Origin: Heptranchias perlo | Lineage: Eukaryota | NCBI RefSeq assembly: GCF_035084215.1 | Contig: NC_090341.1 | Location: 15,624,001-15,688,000 of the forward strand | Reading direction: 5' to 3' | DNA length: 64,000 nucleotides | In this document: positions 11,661-26,600 of the stretch, one piece after another | How positions within the stretch are numbered: position 1 is the stretch's first letter | Layout: each line of letters opens with the position of its first letter | Made by a program: the position numbers and the translations under genes | Notes under the pieces: model-generated | Databases searched by the model: none | Told to the model about the DNA's origin: nothing | The model's input: the letters and a program-made list of their open reading frames with translations, nothing else

Positions 11661-14600
11661 CCCTTTGCAACAAAGGCTCTTTCGCTATTACTGTAAACCC
11701 AGCAGCTCTGGGCCGAATAGGCTCACCATACAGAAACACTGAGACTGAGCTCCGATCAAAATCAGGCGCTGCAAAAAAAACTCATCTCAATCCTCCATCC
11801 CGGTCTGACTCTCAATTCCCAATCTCAGTCTGAGTCTCAATTCCCAATCCTGGTCTGACTCTCAATTCCCAATCCCGGTCTGACTCTCAATTCCCAATCC
11901 CGGTCTGACTCTCAATTCCCAATCCCGGTCTGAGTCTCAATTCCCAATCCCAGTCTGAGTCTCAATTCCCAATCCCGGTCTGACTCTCAATTCCCAATCC
12001 CGGTCTGAGTCTCAATTCCCAATCCCAGTCTGAGTCTCAATTCCCAATCCTGGTCTGACTCTCAATTCCCAATCCCGGTCTGACTCTCAATTCCCAATCT
12101 CAGTCTGAGTCTCAATTCCCAATCCTGGTCTGACTCTCAATTCCCAATCCCGGTCTGACTCTCAATTCCCAATCTCGGTCTGAGTCTCAATTCCCAATCT
12201 CAGTCTGAGTCTCAATTCCCAATCCCAGTCTGAGTCTCAATTCCCAATCCCGGTCTGACTCTCAATCCTCCATCCCGGTCTGAGTCTCAATCCTCCATCC
12301 CGGTCTGAGTCTCAATTCCCAATCCCAGTCTGAGTCTCAATTCCCAATCCCAGTCTGAGTCTCAATTCCCAATCCTGGTCTGACTCTCAATTCCCAATCC
12401 CGGTCTGAGTCTCAATTCCCAATCCCGGTCTGACTCTCAATTCCCAATCCCAGTCTGAGTCTCAATTCCCAATCCTGGTCTGACTCTCAATTCCCAATCC
12501 CGGTCTGACTCTCAATTCCCAATCCCGGCCTGACTCAATTCCCAATCCCAGCCTGACTCAATTCCCAATCCCAATCTGACTCCATTCCCAAACTCAGTCT
12601 GACACTGTCCTCAATCCCAGTCTGACTCTCAATCCCCAATCCCAGTCTGATTCTCAATCCTAGTCTGATTCTCAGTCCCCAATCCCAGTCTGACTCTCAA
12701 TCCCCAATCCCAGTCTGACTCTCAGTCCCCAATCCCAGTCTGACTCTCAATTCCCAATCCTAGTCTGACTCAGTTCCCAATCCCAGTAAGACTTTCAATC
12801 CTCAATACCAGTCTGACTCTCAATTCCAAATCCCTGTGTCTGCTCTAACCTCATTCTGTCAACCCCAACCCAGTCTCAATTCTAACCCAAATACTAATTT
12901 TATGGGGCAGCTATGCTGCACATTTTGCATTGTGCAAACTGATTATTGTGTTACCTAACAGGACGGACAGTGTAACTAACTGTTGTCTAACTTCACTGAA
13001 ATAATTTAGCCAGTAATTATATCGTGCACAGAAAGTCTTGGAGTGCACAATGTTGTATAGCCTGGAGTGGCTATGCAACTTAGATTTCTTGAATTTTCCA
13101 GAAATTCCAACAGCCATTCTACACCCCAGGATATGATCATAATATGAACAGCTGAAGGTGAAAACCTAAAAGAGAGTTTTGATAAATGTACAGGGCTATA
13201 TATACAAAAGAAGGCAGCAATTTCTTTATACTTTGTTACTGAGTTGCAGTGTTGAGTATTTATCTTACATAATGCTGTAAACTGAATTGTGATTTGCCAA
13301 GCCACATGAGGCTAACTAGAGGAGATAATCTCACACCACTTCGACTTTGCCCTGGTTGATGACGTTTAAAAGTTGTCATAAGATCCACTAACCTGACTGT
13401 AATACAAAGCTTTTGAAGTTAGGAAAACAGGATAGTCAGCACTTAATTTAATTTAGTGCAGAATCAACAAAACTTGATCACCTATCTAGAAAGTAATACA
13501 AACAAAGTGGAAATCACTGTCCCAATCCTGGTTATTTTTCAGTATCAGATCCAGTTCTGGTATATCTATCCCAGTATTAATCCCAAAACTTGATCCGAGT
13601 CTCAGCATCAATTACAGTTTCCCGTTATAAAATACCCTTTTCAGCTGTAAAGAGGGATAAACTGAAAAATAAAAACTGGAAACAACATTTTATATAGACA
13701 CTTTCCTTTGACAAGGTAAATATTTGCTAAAATAAACCTAAATTTAGGGATTTCACTAAGCTTTCTAATTTGGTAGTAATTTACATTCTCAGAGGGGCCA
13801 CTGGGATGGCAGGTGTGAGAAATTGGAGAAAAAAAATCAAACAGGGATAGAATAGAGTGAGCATTACTCTGCACTTGGTTTTGCTGTGCCTGTTTGATAC
13901 TGAAACTTGGTGCTTAAAATGGGAGAGTGTTCCATTCCTCAGCATTGACATCCTTCACCTTGATCAGCACAAAAAAATTATCACAAACTAAGAAAGTGTG
14001 ACATTTTGATGTTGAGGTTTTTGAAACCTACCTAAAGTGTCTTTGCTTACACCTAAGAATTTATGTGAACTATAATCTGGTTGCTCACCTCTACTAAAGA
14101 AACAAAGACTTGCTTTTATGTAGAGCCTTTCACGATCACAGGATGTTCCAAAGTGCTTTATAGCCAATGAAGTACATTTGAAGAGTAGTCACTGTTGTAA
14201 TTTAGAAAATGCAGCAGCCAATTTGTGCACAGCAAGCTCCCACAATGAGATAAATGATGAGATCATCTGCTTTAGGTGTTGGTTGAAGGCTAAATGTTGG
14301 CCAGGACACCGGGAGAACTCCCCTGTTCTTCGAATAGTGCCGTGGGATCTTTTTACATCCACCTGAGAGGACAGATGGGGCTTCGGTGTAGCGTCTCACC
14401 TGAAAGACGGCACCACCGACAATGTTGCACTCTCTCAGTACTGCAAAGAAGTGCCAGCCTAGGTTATGTGCTCAAGTCTCTGGAGTGGGGCTTGAACCCA
14501 CAATCTTCTGACTTAGAGACGAGAGTGCTACCCACTGAAAGAAAGAAAGAAAGACTTGCATTGATACACTCAGAGTACTGTGCACAGTTCTGGTCTCCAT

Positions 14601-17600
14601 ATTATAAAAATGATATGGAGGCACTGGAATTGACAGGTTATACCTAACAGGAAAGATTGAACAGGCTGGGGCTTTTTTCTCTGGAAAAGAGAAGGCCGAG
14701 GGGTGACCTGATAGAGATCTCTAAAATTATGAAGGGGTTTGATAGGGTAGATGTAGAGAAGATGTTTCCACTTGTAGGAGAGACCAAAACTAGGGGCCAT
14801 AAATATAAGATAGTCACTAATAAATCTAAAAGGGAATTCTGGAGAAACTTCTTTATCCAGAGAGTGGTTAGAATGTGGAACTCACTACCACAAGGAGTAG
14901 TTGAGGCAAATAGTGTAGATGCATTTAAGGGGAAGTTAGATAAACACATAAGGGAGAAAGGAATAGAAGGTTATGCTGATAGGGTTAGATGAAGAAAGGT
15001 GAGAGGAGGCTCGTGTGGAGCATAAACTCCAGCACGGACTGGTTGGGCCGAATGGCCTATTTCTGTCCTGTACATTCTTTTCAATTCTATGATACAGCGC
15101 CTTTCATGACGTCACAAAGCGCTTTACAGCCAATGAAGTACTTTTGAAATGTAGTCACTGTTGAAATGCAGGAAACCTGGCAGCCAATGTATGCACAGTA
15201 AGGTCCCACAAACAGCAATGTGATAATGATCAGACAACTGTTTTTCTAGTGATGTTGGTTGAGAGATAAATATTGGCCAAGACACCAGGCAGAACACCCT
15301 GCTCTTCTTCGTTATACTGCCATGGGATCTTTTATCGCACCTGAGAGGGCAGACGGGGCCTCGGTTTAATGTCTCATGCGAAAGATGACATCTCCGACAG
15401 TACTGCACAGAAGTGCCAACCTAGATTACATGCTCAAGTTTCTGGAGCGTGATTTGAAGCCACAACCATCTGACTCGGGCAAGAGTGCTACCACTGAGCC
15501 ACGGCCTAAATTTCCCACTGTTACTAGGCATCCATTTTCACCTATATGAAAATGTCTAGGACTTTTTCTATATTAAAGGCACTATACAATTTCAATTTGA
15601 AAAATATTTACACTGTTTAAATGGACTCAGTGGGGGTAATTTTAACCCCCAAGAACAGGTGGGTTGGTGTTAATTGTGTCCATGTAATTTATATCAATTA
15701 GTGTTAATTGTATTCAGGTGTTGTGTATCAATTGGGGCGTTCTTGTATCCATATATAAGAGAGCTTATCTAGGGTGTGGTGGGTGTGATGTGGAGCTCTG
15801 TGAATAAAGGCTTGGAAGCAACTGAAGATGTGGCTCTGGTATTCTATCCTTCACCACCTGGCTATCCAACTTATAACAGTTGAGGGTCAGTGCAAGGTTA
15901 AAATAACAGCTTTTTGGAGTGGGACTGCACCCCAGCTCCAACTCGCCCATGTCTGGGTTTAACCCAGGCAGGTATGTATGCATGTGCACAACAGACAATA
16001 GGCAGTCCCGCCCCACTTAAAGCCAGCAGGCCGATACCTAAAGGGGCAATGTACCTCGTTGAAATACTTGAGGTACTTAATTCTTTGTGTATTGGAAAAC
16101 TTAAATGAATTTAAACTTCGCTGTTTGGGTTTCCCATCGCTTCCGATTCACGTCAAGTGAAAGCAGGCGGGAAGGGCCGGATCCATGAAGTGAGTGCCTT
16201 TATTGCACTGCTTCTAGGTCCAGAGGAGCAGAAGTGCTTCATCCAGGCCCGACAAGCTCATTTGGCCGACTGAACCCCTGCGATCGCCCCCCACCCCCAC
16301 CCCCAACCCCAAATGGTGCCCCCCCACCTACCTCCGACTCTTCACCTGACCTTCAGTGATCACCGATCTCCAAGTCCTGACCCTCTGATGTCCTCCTTTG
16401 CCCAGCGATTTCCTCACAAGCCTATTATCGCTCCCACCTATCCCTCCGTCCAATCCCCTGCTCCACCTCCTACCGCAGGCCTTCCTGCCTGACAACCAGC
16501 CAGCCTGTCAATCAGACTGGCTGCTGGGCGCGAAGCCCCAAAGTGAAAGTTGTTTATGTCGTTAGGAGATTGCGACCCGCCAACTTACCTACCTGATTTT
16601 GCACCCGGAAATCTTACCCCGCCACCCTCCCGGCTTGAGGTCAAAATTCTGCCCAGTGTCTTCGCCACAATGTGTCTTCCAAGGTGTTGAATTGTTTGAA
16701 TTGTATTTGCGGACAGTAGATTATATTTTTTCCATCAATGTATCTTTGCACACTGAGTACAGTAACATTAACTTTACAGTCAATGTCTCTTCAAGTGTGC
16801 ATTAAACTGCTTATGTGGGCATAGTTGAAGTTGGATATAGGAAATGTCCTATAGGTGTAAAGCCTTGCTCCATGTCCAGGGTAATATGATATCAGGGTTA
16901 GTCAATATGGAAGGTAACGAGACCTTCTGTCAAGATTTCTGCTGAATGTAAACATACCGTGAGTGCTGTACATTGATTTGTATACAAACACATCTGAATA
17001 ATGCAGAGTTCATTTCAGTTGTTTCCTTTGATGCTTGTAGTTGTGTAAACACTTCACTATTCCAGTGTCTTTGCACAGACAGTAGAGGTGGTTTTATGGC
17101 AACTTCAAGTAGCCAGACTGTGCTGTAAAGATATTCGTTGTAAAGTAGAGCGGACATTGCTGCTGCCTGTAAGCACACTGAGTGACTGCTATTCATATAG
17201 TATCTGTGAGTACAGTACTCAATTGTCAAGTGTCTTTTTATCTGCTTTAGCCATCATTGACAAACAACATGACTAAATAAATCAAAGCTGGATCGTTCCA
17301 TAATGAAGGAGAAAGCTTGTGTAGATTGTTGTTTTATCAAACCAGTGATTATTTTCTTGCATGAAACGGAGCCAAGCGTTAAAAGAGACAGTGTCACAGT
17401 TTTAAAAAAATACCCATACCATTAAATCAGATTGAAAAATCAAGATCAAGCAGTTTTACTTATTTTTATTTGATTCCATTTCAGTGCAGATATAAAAGAG
17501 TATCCAAGCCCAGAATTATTTACATCAGTGTTGAATAGACTATTTTAAAAAGAGCAGGGCAGATAACACAGTTAAAAATTCCAATGCACTGTCAGTAAAT

Positions 17601-20600
17601 GTTTTTTAATATACTATTAGCAAATCCCAGATTGGTTAGTACCAATCTTTATCCACACTCCTGCACTATTAGAGGATTTTTATCTGCAATTGTGCATAAG
17701 GCAATGATTCCCCTTGTGTCCCACTGCTGCTGATGTAATTCCACTGAATAGAGTGGATGGGCTCACGTCAGTGGTGTATAATTGCCAAATCTATCTCTAT
17801 ACATATGATAAAAGTCTTGCCTTTGTCATACAAAAGTGTGTAGCACACTTTCATCTGATTGACTCAAATGTCATAACAGCAACAAGTTGCACTCTCCAGG
17901 TAGGGAATTTACCAACAAATAAGTAGTATCTTAAGAAATTAGTTTCTTTTAACAGACAGACCTTTTAAAACTACGTGCGGAGCAGTAGAACAGGTCAGAT
18001 ATCAGATTTCTACCATGGTCCAGTTAGACTTAGAGATAGACCAAGTTAAACACAGCTCCACCTCAACGGCAGACAGTTTACTTAAAGACAGTTCATCCAT
18101 CCCAATTAGGAATGGGTTATTGAAATGTAAACGCTCCTCTTGTTATTATATAATACATTGTACATTAGATGATATAACATTCTGTTATTATAAAACAGCA
18201 GATCCTCCAATTTGCTGCAAAAGAGCCACTTGTAATTTTAAAAATCCATAGCTATTTTTTGTTGTTTGTTCTTGTATTCTAAAGTAAGATTTTACAGTAG
18301 TAATGAAACACAACATACAGTAAAATTAATTTGTGTTCAGAAGCATTGGATTGGTAGATATTTACTTAATATTGTATTTGTTATTTGTGGTAGTTCTTAT
18401 TAAATATAGTTTGGGGTAAAATGTGACCCCACATACTAGCATGAAAGCATTGTAAACATACTGAGTATAACAGGTAACTGAAAACCTCCTTTCATTATAA
18501 TTTACCTAATGGCATTAAAGAAATTTTATGTAAAGCCCAGTAAGTACCAGAATGCAGTGGCGTTGATCTCAAAATAAATTAGAATCAAGGAAGTGATTTA
18601 TCTTCCATTTCATTCATAAGTTACTAGTTAATCACCCATTACCCATTGCTTTACTCAGGCGAATCAGAGGTAGCGATTTATAAGTAATGTGATGAGAGGC
18701 AATGAAGTAAGTCAGTAATGGGATAGTGTTTTTGATTGGGTCAAATTTGCCATGAATAATTAAAAAACGCTGTCCACCTATACTGATTGGAGAGGAGGAA
18801 TGGGAATAGATGAGGGAGAGGAAGAGGTCAGGAGGGAAAGGAAGGAAGAGGAGGAGGCAGCCAAATGGAGGGGGGGGTAACAGAAAAGTGATGGCTGAAG
18901 AGAGGAAGGGGTAGAGGGAAAGGAGGGGGAAGTGAAAAACTCCTCAGTGTGGGAGAGCATGGGTTTCAGTTATTGAAAAGCTGCTCTGTGAGGGGGCTTG
19001 CCAGGTATCCGTATGTCCTGTAAGGGGGAGCATTTATTACAAACCTGTTCAGTGAGAGGAGTTGCCAGTTATTGAAAAGCAGCTTGGGATACGAGGGATT
19101 GTTGGCCTAATTTCAGAAAGCTGCTCAGTCGAAGAGGGAAGTTTTGAAAAGCTGCCGAATGAGGGGGTGTTCCAGTGATTGAGAAGGGTACTCAATGGGG
19201 TGGGTGGGTCTATTGTCCAAATGCTGCTGACTGGGGATGGGTGTTCAAGACACTGCTCAGTGGCGGGGGGCAATTCTGTTACTTAAGTGTGTCTAGGGGC
19301 GGGGGGAGTTAGGGTGGGTGGTTGATTGTCTTAATTGATCTTGCACCCTGATATCTGCAAGGCAATGTTCTATGGACAACACTTCCTGGTGGTTTTGTTC
19401 AATTCTAGCGGTAGCCCATAAAGGGCCAGAGGTACACTCTGATCAAGCCTGGGAGGAAACTGGGGCCTGGCAAGTTTTGCGGGGGCAGGTGGAGACACAC
19501 AATCGACCCACGGATAGAGCATCAGTGGCTGTGAAGATTGAGCTGCTGAAGTTCTACACGGTGAGAGGGGAATTACAGTGGCTGGCTGGGCATGGAACAG
19601 TAGCAGTAAGGCCGCTGAGGGGTAATCATTGAGGATGGAGAGAAGCTAGGCGGCAACAGGCAATTCCTGCACTGACTGCTGGATTCCAGCTATAGCGGGT
19701 AGTATAATAATGGTGGAGGAGGGGCTAAAGATGGGGGAGATGTTTTGGGCTTGGAAGAAGGAGCTGTCCAGACTAATGATCAGCTGGGGTCAGCAAGGGA
19801 TGCCATGGAGACCCAGCGACATGGCCCGACAGCTGAAACTTTAGGATTTTTAAAAGAAAATAAAGGTTTCTATTAAATCCCTGAATCTAGAAATGCACCT
19901 CTGAGCCACCAAGTGGTGATTTTTAGTTGCGGCCATTTCTTTAGGCATAATGGGCTTGCATTCGGTTGACTGATGGTCACATAACATTAAGCTCACACTG
20001 CCACCTACAGGCGCAATCCCATTAGACAGTTGTGATCACATATCATTTTTTTATATATATGCAATGGACAGTAGCAACTGTCAGCTGCTGTTGATGAAGG
20101 GTATGCTGGTATGCGGAGATTGAATTTGTGGAGGCTGTTTGCGGAACAACAGACATCCACCAGCTCAGAAAAGTTCTGGCTTTTTTGCAGTTTCACGTGG
20201 CTGCCAGATCAGATCTTCAGCCATATTAAAAAGGTGGTTCCAGCTTGGTACAATTGATGTAGAAGATGTCTATTTTGATTATAATATAGAGGTACTATAA
20301 GGGATTTTTAACAAGAGAAGTACTGGCCAAGGACTCTGTAAACAAACAGTAGCCATGGAGACCTGTCAATTCTGAGGCGTGTTAGTTTCTGCTGGTTCCA
20401 ATGACTGAAAGTTTATTGTAGCATAATAATGCCTCTGTTTTTTGTTTCCCTTGCTATGATATAACTGACCTAAAGAAGGGATATCCAGCCTGTCAAAACC
20501 ATTGAGTTGGCTGCATTATTTTGCTGAATTGCAAGCCCTGATGCATATTCACCCCTGTACACAAAAATTCAGAGACCCAACATACAAAAAAGCAATATCC

Positions 20601-23600
20601 CAAACACACACAAAGTCACCACTCCCTCCCTCAGCAAGATCCCTGTACACAAAAATTCCAAGCCCCCAAATACAACAACAATCATCTGATCTGCTGTCTT
20701 CCCACTGTCCACACCACTAACCTTCCCCTCCCCTCAAGCTTGAGAGCTGGGAAGATTTAGCGCAGCTCTTTAAACTTCTTGGGTTGGAAGAATGATTGCT
20801 GCAAAAAAGACTCCTCCATGATTGGTCTCCATCCAGCAATCAGGAAGTAGTCTCTTCTTGTCTTCTAGGCCTGGAAAATTCAATGGGCTGTAACTCTTAA
20901 TATTAAGCACACAATGCCAATTTCAACTGTATTAGTTTCAGCTCCCAAAGAAACTAACCAGAGTTGAAATTTGGTTTTGTATGCATTTAATATGAGAAGA
21001 AGCAAGGGTTTGATGAAAGGAGCCCGTAGACTCGATTTGGCCTGTAGGCTGTTTATTGAACACTGTCGATCTCCAACACAAATAAAACATTTTTTAAACC
21101 CACTTTAAAAGGAGGGAGAATGTTGTGTGGATTTCTCTCTCATTTGCTACCGTTGTCACTTAGTGATCAATCACTCAACAGAAAGAGGAAGACAGACCAA
21201 AGCTCTCTCGAAGGTGAGACCCTCCAGCATTTCTATCTGAAAGCATCCACTTTACAGCCTGGCTGGAGCTGGTGGAATTCTTCCTGCACACCCCCAACAC
21301 CAATTGCATAGAAAGCCAGCTCTAATTACTCTGCTACCATGCTGCAATGAATAGTACTTGAATTATTTGACAATATCAGTAACATTAAGGGCAACATTTT
21401 AAACCAGTTTAACCTCTTATTGTTTCATTATCTCATTTTCACCATGGAGACTAAATCAAGCAAAAGCCCTAACAGTGGTTGCCCGTGTCCATGTATTTAC
21501 TGGGAGGATGTTTATCAGTACTGCTGGAGGAAGTCTGTTCAAAGAATTTTGCTGCTGGTTATCCTAACTTTGCACTTGTTACATTGTATATGTATTGCAT
21601 TTACATAATATCCTATATAAAATGTGATTTATTATACAGAAATTCAAGGCGATCCAACATTGCATAGGGGAAGGGTGTGCAAGCCTTTTGTCTTCATAAA
21701 TCGCATAGGTCCATATCATGGATTCTCAGGGTCGGCATAGAAAGTTTAAATTAAAATTACATTCATTTGCATATATATCAAGTTGTTGATACAGATCTTA
21801 GTGTGTAAATTTAGGATTTATTCACCAATGGGGAACAGGTGCCAAGAATAACCTTTTCCAAACCTCCAGGCCCACAAAATTCAAACAGGATAAACCAGTG
21901 AATGTGAAATAATTGCAAGTAAGACTGTGAGCTTCGAGAGCTGGATAGGCTCATGGGCTGCAGTTTGGACAACTCGGGCACAGAGAATTTCTGCCCGAAG
22001 GTGGCCATTTTGTTCAACTTCTTAAAGACAGCCATAGCATTTCTACCAAAATCAGAAATTTAACTCTTTAGCAATTTGTTCGTTTTTTCATAGTATAACA
22101 CAAATTAAGAATTGCTTTGTAATGATTGCTTACATTTCTATAATTGTACTATCACAGCTCCCAGCCAGATTTGCTTTAAAACTCTTTGATTCCACTGCAG
22201 TGCACCAGGAAAAACCCACAAGTAGTGTAATTTGAGCATTAGTAAAGCATCTAATGGCATATATTCAGAAAGTTTTAAAATTGTTATGGATTTAACTTGG
22301 TGACCCCCTCCACTGATATATCTGTTGATCTATCTAGGAAAAATTCAGTTGGAGGCCCCTTTTAGCGATCTGATTGGTCTGTGGGAATCATGATCCACGC
22401 TCTGTTGCTATTGTAGTTATTTGGTTTGTGTGAACCATGTGGCTCTTAGGGGTGGGGACATGCTGGATTCTTTTTCAGTCAGTAGTAGCAATTGTTCGTG
22501 TCTTGCTACTTCAAGCCCTGCTCCTGCCTCGACTTCATCAACCTCCAGCCGCAGTTGTCCCCTTTGAGGGCCACTAAGTTCCAGCAAGAGCTACAAAAGG
22601 ACAGGAACTTGACTTGCCTTTGCTTTCCATTCTGTGCCTGGCCTCCTGTTCATTCCCTCTCTCCCAGAACAAATCAAGAACGAACTTCACTCTCCCCATC
22701 AGGAAAGGCCACTTCTGGTGCAACAGTTCTGGTTCCAGGCCAGGCAGGTCCAACTCTCAGATGCTCTGGGGACTGTGTGGGCTCAAGGCCAGAACAGGAG
22801 TCAAGTGAACCTAAGGCCTTGTGACCAATGCTGCAGAAGATCCACAAGTAGATATAAGTATGATGGCTCAGCCTTCTCCCATACCCATTTCAACTTTGAT
22901 GGTGCTATGTGCTCCTTATAGACCTTTGCTCTTCATTTAGATTTCTCAAATAAAAAAACTGTTGCAAATAAATATGTAATGCCCTCCAAGGACCTAGCAA
23001 AGTGTTTCTAATTAAATAATGCTCCCGCTTATGGTTGAATTTTATTTAATTTTCAGTATGTTGTAAAGAAGCTGAACCTAAGAAGTGCTTCCAGCCGCGA
23101 GCGCAAGGCAGCAGAACAAGAAGCCCAGCTTCTATCCCAACTTCGACATCCCAACATTGTTACCTACAGAGAGTCATGGGAAGGGGATGATCGACTTTTA
23201 TACATTGTGATGGGTTACTGTGAAGGTGGGGATTTGTATCACAAACTGAAGGAACAGAAGGGCAAATTGCTTCCAGAAAGTCAAGTCGTGGAGTGGTTTG
23301 TCCAGATTGCAATGGCTTTACAGGTACAATTCTATAAATGAACAAAGAAATAAGAAAAGTTTAAAAAGAGTAAAATGTAATACTTCATTGCAGTTATCAT
23401 GTTTACTGTTACTTCAATATGAGTTTTCCATTTTTAATATTGTCATTCTTGGCCAAGACATAACCCATGTAAAGACCCGAATGATGAAATATACATTCAC
23501 CAACCGTTCCTTGGAATTTTTTTCCACTGGTATTTTCCCCTAATTTTACATTAGAAGGCTATGTAGCTTCTTTGAGGCAACATTTATTGAGTTTGTTGTA

Positions 23601-26600
23601 AAGTACGTCTACAGATGTGAAAATCTATCATTTAATAACTTATAATCGTAACAAATGGAACTTCCAGTTTACTAGTGTTAAGTTAGATACAGGTATTCAC
23701 CCACCAGTTTAGGATTGTTCTGCATGTTTTTTCAAATGGAGCATTACAAATTTTGTGTTGCTCGCAGTCCTTCTGTAAATTCTCTGTCTGACTTGAATTC
23801 TTAATTGTACAACTGGGATTTTGTACAGCACATTTCACTCGGGTAAATCATAAAAGGGGAAGGTACAGATGTTTGTGGCTTGAATGTAATAAGTGGTTAT
23901 GTGATGCTTTGAGTATCATAGTTGGAATGGAAACTATTTTGTTGTGAGATGAATGTATGTTTAATGAGATCTATGTATGTTTTGTTACAGTATTTACATG
24001 AAAAACACATCCTGCACAGGGATCTTAAGACTCAAAACATCTTCCTGACAAAAACAAACATTATTAAAGTTGGAGACCTGGGGATAGCCAGAGTGTTGGA
24101 AAACCAGCATGATATGGCCAGTACTCTGATTGGAACACCATATTACATGAGTCCTGAACTCTTCTGTAATAAACCTTACAACTATAAGGTAGAGTGCTAC
24201 TGTAAAACTTTATTGTGCTTTTAGTTAGATCAGCTTTGCATGTTATCATCATTGGTTAAGTATACATTTCTCCTGTTTCTACAGATCTTTATTACACATG
24301 GTCTGTGTTTTCTTTCCTCCTTAAATGTTCCCTTTAACTTGGGCAGCAGCTGTTCTGTAATACCTCATCTACGTAACCATTTTCATGCGTGAACCTGAAC
24401 AGTGAGTATGAGGAGACTACTCGACTGTGGGGAACTCACAGCAATGCCAACTCTGCCCTTACCGAGCATCCACACACATGCACTTCCAGTTGGAATTGCT
24501 GGATAGAGATCAGGAACCCCGAACTTTTATTTTTCCTGCTTTCCATACCCAAGAGGATGCCAAGACTAATTGTCGTTCAACTCCATGCAGTTCAACTCCT
24601 ATCAGTCTAAGGTCAGCTACCATGGCATCAATTAGGGATTGAACTTGGAATTTTCTTGCTGCGAAGTGACTCAATATCTTAGCACGGCTTGCAGCTGCAA
24701 ATGTGGCCACGGTGATTGGGATCTTGTAGATATCAATGGAGATAGTCAGCCAGAAGGTCGTGATCCCATCTCAACCTCCTGGGAAGGGTCTAAAAATTTA
24801 ACTCAAGGCCTACCTGAAATTCTTCAGCCTGACCCCAGTTGGCAGATTTTCAGGGGCTTGAACATTTTTGCACATGAAAATGTGAAAAGTTGTTGCTGAA
24901 AAATACTGCAAGTGTGAGTAGGCTATTTGACTGTGGGGACATCACAGTGACTCCAACCTAGTCCTTACCTAGCATCCACACACATGCATTTCCCGTTCGA
25001 ATTGCTAGATAGCAATCACGACCTGCAACCTTTTTATTTTGCCCACTTTCCATACTTTGGGAATGCCAAGACCAATGCTAACTCCCTGTGAACACTCTGG
25101 GCAGTGTGTCATAAAGTGAAGCTTTAAAGAATTATGGATAACATTAGAACAGATCTTTGCAGTGAAGCCCTAAAAAGAATAAAAATTGTAGTAACAGTAT
25201 TGTCTCTCTTGTAAGCCTTTCTTCATTTTTCTGTATAGTCTGACGTTTGGGCCCTCGGTTGTTGTGCATTTGAAATGGCAACGTTGAAACATGCCTTTAA
25301 CGCCAAGGATATGAACTCCTTGGTTTTCAAGATTATTGAAGGAAAGGTAATGTACATTCCATGACGTTTTGCTTTTCTCTATTAACCTAATCAAGTACTG
25401 CACTCATTTTACCAGTATGCAGCGGTTCAAGAAGGCCCACCACCACCTTCTCAAGGGCAACTAGGGATGGACAATAAATCCGGGCCTTGCCAGCGGCTCC
25501 CACATCCTGAGAATGAATAAAAAGAATATTAAAGGAAGAATTCGCTCGTATGTTGGTCACTGACAAAAGTCTCTAATATGGATAAGCTTTGAGAAATAAA
25601 TGAAAAGTCCTGAATTTCTAACTTTTTAAGCAATGCAAGATTAGAATGAGGTTATTTATAATTAGTATCTTTGTCTAATAGAATATCTGCAGTTTGTGTT
25701 CATGAGTGACTTATATTCCAGTAATTTCAGCCTAGTTGGCTGTAGCTAGAACATACAGAACAATAATGCTCATGATTCATGTATAGATTTATATGTTTGT
25801 GTTTTGAGAGGCACAGGATTGGGGTGGGAGATGAAAGTGTCTTACTAGTGCAGTGTAAGTTTTTTTTTACAGCACTATGCAGTCTTCCTTTGAAGTATGT
25901 TGGTGAGAAATAATGATGAGTGTTAATGTAAAGAAAAGTAAAGTTTTTCTTTCAATTTTACTGGGAGCTTTCTAACTTAAAATATTACAAGCAGTATGGT
26001 AAAGCAAAGAATTACATAAAGTCTGCCAAACCAAAGATTGTACCAAAGCAGCGCCTATACAGTTCAACATACTTTTAGTGATACCAACATGGAAAAAGTA
26101 ATTCACATGTAAATAGCCATAGGTCAGTCATGCCTCTGTATTGCAGTCAGAACCCTTTTCAGGAACAAATGAAAGGCCTTGGTTTCTCTTTTTTAAAAAT
26201 CTTTTTTAAGTCCTCATGCATCCTTTTGCAGTTAATTGAGCTGCTAGGAGGCATGTAGAGGCAGCCATTGACTCACCTATCTCAGTTTGCTTCTTTGTGG
26301 AAGCACCTGGCCTCTAATGACATTTAGGCAAATCAGAAAAAAGAAGTAAACCTGTGTCCTCACGCTAGGTACAATAGTATGTTGGTGCACGGTGAGCCCA
26401 CCTCATTAATATTTTTAAATGCATGGTTTCCACTGATGCACAGAAAAGTGATCTCTGAAGAAAACGAGTGTATGATAAAAGTGAGAATACTCGCTTCAAA
26501 GAACAATAGAACTTGGAACATGCATGTGACTGTGTATATTTAGAATAAAAGTGATAGGGAGACTGAAGGCATGATATTGTTTTCTTCAACAACATCCATA

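Noticed and set aside
10714-11833. Several overlapping ORFs of 76-134 aa
   Set aside because: By-products of GC-rich tandem repeat and CpG-island sequence. The real coding exon is 11509-11595.
11780-12885. CRISPR array or telomeric repeat
   Set aside because: Head-to-tail 25-bp units with no unique spacers, and not TTAGGG.
18780-21070. Purine-rich tract, repeated ttattgaaaagc(t/a)gct motif and a hAT-like end near 21020-21065
   Set aside because: Probably old repeat debris. Boundaries and family could not be established by eye.
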